Under the pieces are notes generated by a model. The model saw only the letters and a program-made list of their open reading frames with translations. It searched no databases and was not told the origin of the DNA. A DNA stretch of 64,000 bases from the human T2T-CHM13v2.0 reference genome, Homo sapiens: NCBI RefSeq assembly GCF_009914755.1, contig NC_060947.1; one strand, given 5' to 3'. Each line of letters opens with the position of its first letter. Position 1 is the stretch's first letter. Made by a program: the position numbers and the translations under genes. Below are positions 51,905 to 64,000 of the stretch, piece by piece.

Positions 51905-53042
51905 AAAAGGATCAAGGACTTAAATGACAGACTTGAAATTATAAAAATTCTAGACGAAAACTTAGAAAAAATCCTTCTGGACACTGACCTAGGCTAATAA
52001 TATATAAGGAAGACCCCAAAAACAAAGGCAACAAAATAAAAAATAGACAAATGTGACATAATTAAACTAAATTTTTTCTACACAGCGAAATAATCAACAG
52101 GGTAAACAGACAACCTACCAAATGGAAGAAAATATTTGCAAATTATGCCTCTGAAAAGGGACAAATATCAAGAATCGACAAAAAGTCAACCAACTAAACA
52201 GAAAAATAAAATCCCATTAAAAACTGAGCAGAGGACATGAACAGACATTTCTCAAAGAAGAAATACTAGTGACCAACCAACACATAAAAAATACTCAGTT
52301 ACTAATCATCAGGGAAATGCAAAATAAAACTACAATGAGATATCACCTTACACCAGTTCAAAGGGTTATTTAAAAGTCAAGAAAAAGAACAGTTATTGGC
52401 ATGAATGAGGAGAAAAGAGAATGCTTATACAGTTTGTGGGAATGTAAATTCGTTCAACTTCTAAGGAAGGCAGTATGGAGATTTCTCAAAGAACTAAAAA
52501 TAGAACTATCATTTGATCCAACAATCCCATTATAGAGTATCTGCCAAAAGAAAAATAAATCACTATATAAAAAAGACACCTGCTCATCACAGCAATATTC
52601 TCATTGTGAAATCGTGAAACCAACCTAAGTATTCATCAATGGTTGCCTGGATAAAGAAAAAGATATATACATTATGGAATACTACTTAGCCTTAAAAAAG
52701 AATAGCATCATATTTTTTTGCAGAAATATGGATGCAGCTGGAAGCCATTATCTTAATTAAACTAACTCAGAAACAGAAAATCAAATACATGTTTTCAATT
52801 ACAAGTGGGAAGTAAATAATGGGTATATATAGACATAAAGATGAAAAAAAGTTGACAGTTGGGACTCCAAAAGTGAAGAAATTGGGAGCAGAGTGAAGAT
52901 TGAACAATTATTTGTTGGATACAATGTTTACTATTTGAGTAATGGTTATACCGGAAACCCAATCTTCACCAATATGCAATGTACCCATAAAACAAACATG
53001 CACATGTACCCTTTAATCTAAAAGAAAATATAAATTTTAAAA
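51905..53042 (+). mobile_element. L1PB(4)-like 3' portion
   Basis: GGGACTCCAAAAG..GATACAATGTTTACTATTTGAG..CATGTACCCTTTAATCTAAAA; flanks AAGAAAT(CT)TAAT. Confidence 0.8.
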
Positions 53043-53734
53043 AGAAATTAATAAATCAATATTATTGCCAATAGTATCAAAATAAACAAAATAGTAATAA
53101 ATAACCAAAGAGGCAAAAATTTAAACACTGAAAACTATAAAATATAGCTGAAAAAATTTAAGATGACACAAATAAAAGTTTCTCTTCTTGAATTGGAAGA
53201 TTTAATATTCTTAACATGCCAAAGTTACTCAAAACTATCTGCAGATCCAATGCAATCCCTAACAAAATCCCAGTGACACTTTTTGCAAGAAATAGAAAAA
53301 AACCTATGTTAACATCTATTTGAAATATCATTAGATCTCTAATAGCAAAATCATTATTTTATATGATGAACAAATATCGGTTTCTTATAATTCTTCATTT
53401 CAAAAGTTAATGAAAAGCCAAAATATTCAAATCAATGTCATTTTGGCATAAAGATAGACCTATGGACCATTTGAATAAAGTAGAGAGCCTGAAATTAAGC
53501 TTCACATATATGGTCAAATGTTTTTTGACAAGAGTGTAAGTGCCGTTTAATAGAGAAAGGACTGTCTTTTAAAAACATGTTTTTTGGTCACAACATATTC
53601 ACATGCAAAAGAAGGAAGTTGGGCCCTTTATCCCACATAGTAAACAAAAAATAATTTAAAATAGATAAAAGTCCTAAAAACAAAAGCCAAAATTAAAAAC
53701 TCTTAGAAGAAAAGATAGGAGGTAAAACTTCATG

Positions 53735-56546
53735 GTGAGTCATTCATAATCCCAAAAGAACCAAAAGAAACAATCTCAAATGCCAAAATCCTTAATGTTA
53801 AAATCCTGAAAGATCAAATCCCAAAAATATTATTCTGGAAAAATAATGTTTGAAAATCTGTAAAATATATTTATTTACATGATTAAATGTATATTTATTT
53901 GAGAAACATAAAAACATGAGAGAAAACTTCATAGGACATATTACATAATAAAACAGATAATAAAAACATACATATTTTTGTAAGGATAAACACTCAAGTA
54001 GCCTAAGGAGAGTTGCATGTGTATAAAATTTATGAGCAGATAAAGCATGTTTACATAGAAATACGTCAAAAAGCAGAAAATATAAATGAATATTGCTAAG
54101 TTTGGTAATCACGTACACTCAGGTTTATAACTTTGGTTATCTAAAATGTGATAGACAACCTAAGTCTTTTCACAGAATGATCAAAATCCATAATGCTCAT
54201 CGCAACTTATGCATTCATCCAAAGAAGCAAGATTTCTAGAAATTTTATTTTTCCAAAATGTAGATGTACAAATAGGTCATAGATGTGCAGGTTTTTTACA
54301 TGGGTAAATTGTGGGAGGTTGAGGTTTGAAATATGAAAAGTCCTATCACCCAGATAGTGAAAATAGTACCCAGTAGTTACTTTTCCAAGGATTTCCCCAC
54401 CTGCCTATGTCCCCCCTTTAGTAGTCCCAAGTGTCTACTGTATTCATCTGTATGTCCATGAGTACACAATATTTAATTCCCACTTATAAGTGAAAACATG
54501 CAATATTTGCTTTCTGTTCCCACATTAATTCACTTAGAATAATGCCATCCAGCTGCATTCATGTTGATGCAAAGGGTATCATCTCTTTTTTTAAAAGGGC
54601 TTTGTAGTATTTCATGGTGAATATGTACTGCATTTTCTTTATCCAATCTACCATTGAAGGGTACTTACGCTGGTTCCATGTCTTTGTAATTATGAATAGT
54701 GCTGTGATGAATACACAAGTGCATGTGTCTTTTTGGTAGAAGACTTTATTTTTCTTTGGGTGTATATCTAGTAATGAGATTGCTTTTTTGAATGGTAGTT
54801 CTATTTTAAGTTCTGTGAGAAATCTCCAAACTGCTTTCCATAGTGACTGAACTAATTTATATCCCCACCAACATTTTATAAGAGATCCCTTTTCTCTGCA
54901 GCCTTACCAACATCTGTTGTTTTTTGAGTTTTTAACAAGTCATTCTGATTGTTGTGAGATGGCATCTCATTGTACTTTTGATTTGCATTTCTCTGTTCAT
55001 TAGTGATGCTGAGCATTTTTTCATGACTATTGGCTGCTTGTTTGTCTTCTTTTGAGAAGTGTCTGGTCATGTCTTTTGCCCACTTTTTAATGCAGTTATT
55101 TGTTTTATGCTTGTTAAATTAAGTTCCTTATAGATTCTGGATATTAGATCTTTATTGTATGCATAGTTTGTAAATATTTTCTCCCATTCTGGAGGTTGTC
55201 GGTATATTCTGTTAGTTTCCTTTGCTGGGCAGAGCTCTTTAGCTTAATTAGGTCCCAGATGAAAATTTCTCTTTTTGTTGCAATTGCTTTTGGGAACTCA
55301 GTCATAAGTTTTTGTTTGTTTGTTTGTTTCCTGAAGGCCAGTGTGGGAAATGGTGTTTCCCATGTTTTCTTCTAGGATTTCTATAGTTTGAGTTTCTATA
55401 CACTTAAATATTTAATCCATCTTGAGTTAATTTTTGTATATAGTGAAAGGTAGGAGTCCAGCTTTTTCTTCTGCATGGGGCTAGCCAGCTATCCCAACAC
55501 CATTTATTAAATAAGGAGTCTTTCCCCCATTGCTTATTTTTGTTGAATTTGTTGAAGGTCAGATGGTGATAGGTGTGAAGCTTTAGTTCTCTGTTCTCTA
55601 TTCTGCTCCATTGGTCTATGTGTTTGATTTTTGTACCAGTTCCATGCTGTTATGATTACCTTAGCCTTATATTATTGTTCAAAGATAGGTAATCTGATGC
55701 CTCTGGCTTTGTTCTTTTTGCTTAGGATTGAATTGGTTATTTGGGATCTTTTTGGTTTCATATAAATTTTAGAATTTTTTATATATTTCTGTGAAAAATT
55801 ATATTGGTAGTTTGATAGTCTCCATGTGGGTTCAAGCTCTGCCTGTGCAAGTTTCCAGGGTGGGTCTTCCTGCTATTTCAAAGTTCTATGAGAATTGTGA
55901 GAAATCCCATATCTAGAATCACAGAGGTCTGTGGTGGGAGTGCAGTATTGTGGGGTTCTTTCACTCACACCTTTCTTTGGTCTGGTTTGGAGCAGGAGGC
56001 CACTTCTGGTGCCTGGTGGCTAAGCAGGCTTCCCAGCTTCCTTCCCCTTCAATCACAGTATCTGTGTCATTTTTCTACCTCACATAATTATTTTTGAACC
56101 AGTCAGTAACTTTGCTGGCTTCTTCAGGCCAATGTAGCTTTGAGTAATTAAAAGCCCCTGAAGTTTAATCAGCTCAAAAGAATGCCAGTGCTGACAAAAG
56201 ATGATTTTTAAACTGAAGTTTGCATTATTGCAGAATTTTGTAGCAAATTTACTAAACACAATTTTTTACGAAATGCAAATAAAGACAATGCCAATGCAAT
56301 AGTTCTGCCTAACATGATGCAACTATCCTGGGTGTAACTGGAGACACACTTATTTCTCCACAGAATTTAGAATTTAGAATTTCAGCATTTGGAATTTTAA
56401 TCTTTCAGGATTCTGATTTTTAGGATTTAAGACATTAGTAATTGTAGAATTTTAGGATTTAGAATTTAGAGACTTTGATCTTTCAGAATTTCAGCATTTG
56501 GGATTATGTTCTTCAGAATTCTGTCTTTTAAGACTGTGAATCACAC
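53735..56546. mobile_element. Ricksha-type MULE DNA transposon with both TIRs, interrupted by L1
   Basis: Left ATTCATAATCCCAAAAGA..AATCCTGAAAGATCAAATCCC; right GACTTTGATCTTTCAGAATT..GGGATTATG..TCTTTTAAGACTGTGAAT; 9-bp TSD AACTTCATG / ACCTTAATG (53726-53734, 56547-56555). Confidence 0.85.
54278..56092 (-). mobile_element. L1PA16-like: 3' 1.5 kb joined directly to a 5'UTR piece (55819-56092)
   Basis: GTGCAGGTTTTTTACATGGGTAAATTG..GAGGTTTG 3'UTR; ORF 54876..55070 (RHFSKED); 55900-56090 is the reverse-complement homolog of 63065-63190. Confidence 0.82.
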
Positions 56547-57527
56547 ACCTTAATGACATTAGATTTGGCAAGAATATATTAAAAACTCCTACAACTCAAC
56601 AACCAAAACAAAGCATCTTGAATAAACATTTGGCAAAGGAATTGACTAAACATTTTCCCAAAATATACATAAATGACCAATAAGCACATAAAAATGGTGA
56701 AAACATTACTAATTATTAGAGAAACGCAAATCAAAACTACAATGAGATACCACCTCACACTCTTTAGGATAGCTATTATTTTTAAAAATCAGAAAATAAC
56801 GGTGTTGGCCAGGATGTGGAGAAATTATAGCTCTTGGACACTGTTCGTGGAAATGTAAAATGTGCAGCTGCTATGAAGTACAGTACTGTAGTTCCTCAAA
56901 TAATTAAAAATGGAAATACGAAATGATCCAGTACATCTGTGTATATACCCCAAAGTATTACAATCATGAACCTAAAGAGATATTTGTACATCAATATTTT
57001 TTAGAAACACTACTCACAGTAACCAAAAGGTGGAAGCAACCCAAATATCCATTGGCAGATGAAAGGATAAACAAAATGTAGTATATATATATATATATAA
57101 TGAAATATTATTCAGCTTTAAAAATTAAGGGAATTCTGACACATACTACAGTGTGGATGAACTTCAAGAAAATTGTGCTGGGTAAAATAAGCCAGTAACA
57201 AAAGACACATTCTGATTTCACTTACTGAGTTACTTAGAGTAGCGAAATTCAGGGATACAGAAAGTAGAATGCTCATTGTTTGGGCTACAGAGAAATAGGT
57301 ATAGAGAGTTATTGCTTAATGGGTACAGAATTTCAGTTCTAAAAAATGGAGAATGTTAAAAAGATAGCAGTAATGGTTGTACAACAATGTACACTTAAAA
57401 ATGGTTAAGATGGTAAATTTTATGTTACGTGTATTTTACCAGAATTAAAACTAATAAAAATGCATGTAGGTGAGTAAAGAATGTATAAAATGTAACAACT
57501 ACAGAGTTAAATTTTTTAAAACTTATA

Positions 57528-58721
<1,194 letters not shown>

Positions 58722-58722
58722 T

Positions 58723-61125
58723 TGATATGGCTTGAATTTGTGGCTCCCCCCAAATTTCATGTTAACTTCTAATCTTTAATATTGGACCTCCCCTGGTGGG
58801 AGATGATTGGATCATGGGGGCAGACTTCCCCCCTGCTGTTCCCATAATAGTGAGTTCTCACAAGATCTGTTTGTTCACAAGTATGTAGCACCTCTCCCTT
58901 CTCTCTTTTTCTTCTGCTGGGGCCATGTAAGACATTTCTCCTCCCTCTTCACCTTCCACCATGATTGTAAGTTTCCTGAGGCTTCCCCAGCCATGCTCCT
59001 GCACAGCCTATGAAACTGTAAGCCTATTAAAGTCTTTTCTTTATAAAGTATGCAGTCTCAGGTAGTTCTTTATAGAAATGTGAGAACGGGCTAATATAGA
59101 AATGTGAGAATGGACTAATTGGTACCAGGAGTGGGGCATTGCTATAAAGATAATTGAAAATGTGGAAGTGGCTTTGGAACTGGGTGACAGGCAGAGGTTG
59201 AAAAAATATGGAGGGCTCAGAAGAAGACAGAAAGATAAGGGAAAGTTTGGAACTTCCTAGAGACTTGTTAAATTTTTTTGTGACCAAAATACTAACAGTG
59301 GTATGGACAATGAAGTCCAGGCTTAGGCGCTCTCAGATAGAGATAAGGAACTTATTGGGAACTAGAGAAAAGGTCAGTTTTGTTACACTTAGCAAAGAGA
59401 TTGGAGGCATTATGACCCTGCTCTAGAGATTTGTGGAATCTTGAACTTGAGAAAGATGATTCAGGGTATCTGGCAGTAGAAATTTCTAAGCAGCAAAACA
59501 TTCAGAATATGGTATGGCTGCTTCTAACAGTATGAGCTTATATATGTGAGCAAAGAGATATTCTGAAACTGGTAATTATATTTAAAAGGGAAGCAGATAT
59601 TGTGAAAGTTGAGAAAATTTGCAGCCCAGTCATATGGGGAAAAAAAAAGTCCATTTTCAAGGAAGAATTCAAGCAAGTTGCAGAAATTTGCAAAAGTAAA
59701 GTGGAGCCAAATGTTAATAGCCAAGACAGTGGAGAAAATGCCTCAAAGGCACTTCAGAAACCATTATGGCAGTACTCGCCTCACATGCCTGGAGGCCTAG
59801 GAGAAAATAATGATTTCATGGGCAGGACCCAAGGCCCTGCTGCCCTGTGCAACCTCGGGACACTGCTCCCTGCATCCCAGCTGCTCCAGCTTCAGCTGTG
59901 GCTAAAAGGGGGCAAGGTACAGCTTGGGCCATTGCTTCAGAGGGTGCAAACTGTAAGCCTTGGTGGCTTCCACCTGATGTTAAGCCTGTGGGTGCACAAA
60001 GGGCAAGAGTTGAGGCTTGGCAGCTTCCACCTATATTTCAGAGTATGTATAGAAATGCCTGGATGTCCAGGAAAAAGTCTGCTGCAGAGTCAGAGCCCTC
60101 ATGGATAACCTCTACTAGAGCAGTGTGGAGAACAAATGTGGGGTTGGAGCCCCCACACATATTCCCCACTGGGTCACTGCCTAGGGGGGCTGTGAGAAGA
60201 GGACCACTCTCCTCCAGACCCCAGACTGGCAGGTACATTGACAGCTTGAACTGTGCACCTGGAAAAACTTCAGGCACTCAATGTCAGCCCATAAAAGCAG
60301 CTGAGGCGGCTGTACCTTGCAGAGACACATATGTGGAGATGCCCAAGGCCTTGAGAACTCACCCCTTGTATTAGGGGGCCTGAGTGTGAAAGATGGAGTC
60401 AATGGAGATTATTTTGAAGTTTTAAGATTTAATGACTGCACTGTTTAGTTTCAGACTTGCATGAGGCCTGTAGCCCCCTTGTTTTGGCATATATTTTCCT
60501 TTTGGAGCAGCACTATTTAGCCAATGCCTGTATCCCCATTGTCTCTTGGAATTAACTACCTTGATTTTGATTTTATAGGTTCATAGGCAGAAGGGACTTG
60601 CCTTGTCTCTGATGAGACTTTGGATTGTGGACTTTTGAGTTAATGCTTAAATAATTTAACACTGTGGAGGATTGCTGGGAAGCCATGACTGTGTTTTGCA
60701 ATTTGAGAAGGACATGAGATTTGAGAGGAGCCTGGGCAGAATTATATGGTTTGGATTTGTGTCACTGCCCAAATCTCTTGCCAAATTGTAATCCCCAATA
60801 TTGGAAGAGGTGCTTGGTGGGAGGTCATTAGATCATGGTGGCAGAGTTTCCTCTTGTTGTTCTCATAATAGGGAGTGAGTTCTCATGAGATCTGCTCATA
60901 TAAAAGTGTGTAGCACCTCCTCCTATTCTCTTTTCCTCCTGTTCCAGCCATGTAAGACGTGCCTCCTTCCTCTTTGCCTTTCAACATGATTGTAAGTTTC
61001 CTGAGGCCTACCCAGCCATGCTTGCTGTACAGCCTGCAGAATTGTGATCCAATCAAACCTCTTTTCTGTATACATTACCCAGTCTCAGGTAGTTCTTTAT
61101 AGCAATGTGATAATGGACTAATACT
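58723..61125 (+). mobile_element. Full-length MSTA MaLR (LTR 58723-~59118, internal, LTR 60742-61125)
   Basis: TGATATGG..GGACTAATAC LTR termini; internal starts TTGGTACCAGGAGTGGGGCATTGCTATAAAGAT. Confidence 0.92.
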
Positions 61126-61837
61126 AATAATTGCTGTATTTGGAAACAATTTACTTAGGTTATGGTAGAAGCCTGAGATCTGATAGGTTGTGGAAGCCAT
61201 GAGAGTGTACAAGATTTCTTAAGAGGATGGAGTTGTTAACATATAGTTCACAGAGTTTTCTGCTGGAATCTCAAATAAATACCGGAGACTGTAGAATTGA
61301 GACACTCTAATGAATGAATCACAAATACTAAGATAAGATGTAGTCTACCAAACTGAGGGAGGACCTAAACCCCCATAAAAGAATAAACATCTCCTGTAGA
61401 ATTTTGCCATGCACATTGTCTTTAAGAAAGAGGAATACAAAGAAAGTTGGCACTCACCTGAAAATCTAAAAAGCAAGAAAATATATAGTAGCAGATTATT
61501 TAAATGAAGCCACACTCTGCCTCAGATAAATAGATTTCTGGGTAGACTATAATTAGTTCCAGATGAAAGGCCTCATGCAATTTATGTTCCAGTGCAGCAA
61601 ATTTTGCTGAGCTCCTTTTCTGACTCACTTGGTAAAACTTTCCTTGCCTGGGGCCTTAGCTGCTTCTTATTTTGAAATGCTTGTTTCTACTATGACTATA
61701 TCAGTAATATCCAAGCTATGACTTTTGTTGGTAACCATGTTCTTGGTAAACATATCATTAGTAATCTCTATCTGCCATATACCCTTGTATTTACACACCC
61801 ACCCACCCACCCACACACACACATACACACACACTTT

Positions 61838-62890
61838 TCATTCAGTAATCTATTCAATCAATACTTCTAGAGACAATATTATGTGTCAAAAACTGGTACT
61901 GGCTGCCAGGGAAAAATTTTGAAAAAACGCAGACTTAGTCACTCAGTCACTGCCAATATGCAGTTTACAATCTAGTGGCAGATGTAGGCATCAACAACAT
62001 AACAGAAATTATGCATAATTAAAACTAACATTTGATCATTGCACATTGCATATATGTATCAAAATTTAACTCTGTATTCTATAAGTATGTACAATTATTA
62101 CATGCCAACTAAAAATAAAAGAAAAAAGCCATTTTAATTGATAAATACAGCTTGAGTAAAGCATCCCTTTGCCCTTTGCACAGAAAGACATGGGGAAAGC
62201 ATCTGGCATAAAGACTTGGGATAGCTGCCTTAGAATTGTTCTAAAAAATCAACCCAAATTTTATTTGGCAATTTCTGTATGCTAGACACTGTACTGCCTG
62301 CTTTAACATATTATTATTTTATTTATTACTTACAACTGTCCCAAGAGTTATTATTTTCTTTATTTCACAAATAAGAAAATAGAGCTTCAGTTCAGAATTC
62401 TTGTATTCTTGTCTGGTGATACAAAAGTTTTAAAATTCAAATTCAAGCTAGTCACAAAATACACATATTATGTAATTCCATTTATGTAAAATATCCAGAA
62501 TAGAGATTAAATTGAAGAAGCTAAACGGCTGCCAAGCCATGTGTGTTGGAGGGAGAAGTAGAGGGGTAGAGGTAGCTGGAGAATAAAAGGTATCTGCTGA
62601 AATATATATATATATGTATGTATGGTTTTTTAGGGGAGATATATCTGTGAATATCCTGAAATTTGGTGAATTGTACACTATTAAGAAGTTCAGTTTTATG
62701 GTGTGTGGATTATATCTTAATAAAACTAAGAGAAAAAACTGACAAAAATAATTTCAAACAAACACAGAGAAATGACACTATAAAAGTATAAAACAAAGAA
62801 AACTGATTTAAGCTGTGGAGGCAGAGAAACCATCCTAAGGAAGTAATGCTTAAGTGTAGAATGCGCAGGGGTTAATTAAGTCAACAGTAT
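61838..62890 (-). mobile_element. L2 remnant interrupted by an L1MA tip (~62030-62127), MIR (~62240-62395) and L1MB/MC 3' end (~62445-62730)
   Basis: TTCATTCA..ATTCAATCAATACTT..ATGTGTCA..GTTTACAATCTAGTGG; resumes ~62740. Confidence 0.6.
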
Positions 62891-62940
62891 GTATTAGGGG
62901 CTTACAATATATAAGTGTTTACAATATATAGAAGCAAAAT

Positions 62941-64000
62941 GAGGGAGGAGCCCCAAGATGGCCGACTAGATGTAGCCAGGAGGAATATCCGGCACTGAAG
63001 GACAGGGACATTGGGAAGACAGGTGCACTCCCAGCAGATATTCAAAGGGAAAGCATTGAGAGTAAACAGAAGGAAGACACAGATGCTAGGCTGAAGTGGG
63101 AGGAATCTGGGAACTCTGCACAGGGCTACCATACACCAGGATGCGTTCCTGGCCTCCAACGACTTCTGCGGAGGGGGTGAGTTGAAAAGGCAAGGATCAA
63201 CTCGCTTTTATCACAGGTCCCTGGAATCCTGCCAGGAGGAGACCCATGGAACTCCATGGACACAAGTTGTCAAAGAAACCTGCTTAGAGAAGTGACAGGG
63301 GCAAAACTTCAGTTGGGGTAGAGCCCAGTTGTTTGGCGTGAGAGCATCTGTAGTGGAACACAGCCTAAGACACCCATTCCTCTAGCCTACATTTGCTCCC
63401 AGAGGAGGCTTTAGCTCTATGGGAACTGCCAGACCTGAACCCTGCAGGGATGTTTTGCCCATGAGAGGGGCTGGTCCAACCTGAGCACCCTTTGGTAGGC
63501 TGGCCTCTCTCAGGGCCCCAGCCTCGCCATGTCTGCTTACAGTGCAGCCCCTAGGTACCTTCTGCGAGCCAGCATCATAGCTCCTGTGCTGGTGGATGGC
63601 ACCAGATCAACAGAGTGCTCCAGCAGAGAAGAACCCATGGACATGAAACAGCCAACCTGTGACCTTCCCTCACTGCAGCTTCCCTTGTGCCAATTTGCTT
63701 ACAGGCACTAGCCCACAGCCACTCCCCACATCACTTTGCCAGTGCTTGTGAACTCAGGCAGCCCTTACTTTCCTTTCCCTGCCAGCACATGTGTGCACAT
63801 GCACTCTGCTATGCTACTGCTGCCAAATGAGCCTACCTCACATCTGCTTACCCTGCTGCACCACCATTTTCATCAGAGCATTAGCAGGCATAGTGGTCAC
63901 CAGCTCTGCCTCTGCCAGCACCATGCCCCTGAGCTACCATGCCACTGCTACCAGATGAGTCCACCTCACATCCACTTGCCCTGCTCCATCACCATTGTCA
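62941..64000 (+). mobile_element. L1PA15-16/L1PBa-like 5'UTR, continues off the right edge
   Basis: GGAGCCCCAAGATGGCCGACTAGATGTAGCCAGG start with YY1-type AAGATGGCCG; C-rich repeated UTR interior. Confidence 0.85.

Larger units (their letters stand above)
51742..57460 (+). mobile_element. L1MB-like ORF2 and 3'UTR in three pieces (51742-51900, 53045-53734, 56547-57460)
   Basis: ORF2 homology resumes across the L1PB and Ricksha inserts; ORF 56673..56858 ([11 protein letters not shown]); terminus AAAATGGTTAAGATGGTAAATTTTATGTTA. Confidence 0.75.

Noticed and set aside
56360-56535. Novel repeat array of AGAATTT/GGATTT units
   Set aside because: Explained as the subterminal repeats of the Ricksha TIR, mirrored at 53740-53830

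Overview
AT-rich, CpG-depleted primate DNA; a consensus-like AluYb8 indicates human. Most of the window is interspersed repeat, in the style of an L1-dense gene desert or giant intron. I find no supportable cellular protein-coding gene or RNA gene, and the interpretable ORFs in the track are L1, Alu, MaLR, mariner or ERV remnants. Main structure: (1) 1-18 kb is mostly minus-strand L1s, with two locally templated insertions near 4.5-5 kb. (2) A small unique island lies at about 20.6-21.4 kb. (3) One ancient Tigger13a-like DNA transposon is split into halves at 22507-22641 and 57528-58721 by about 35 kb of nested insertions. These include several L1s, MST/MER21 LTRs, a full-length MSTA-type element, a near-complete Hsmar2, a Ricksha MULE with both TIRs, Alus, and a 3'-truncated tRNA-Phe-primed HERV-F/Fc-like provirus (LTR, PBS, gag, pro, RT). 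(4) A second full-length MSTA and an L1 5'UTR close the window. Subfamily names come from recalled consensus features and need RepeatMasker/Dfam confirmation; boundaries of old elements are approximate. I see no convincing new biological system. The best leads are the giant nest, the HERV-F-like provirus, the templated insertions and the unique island.
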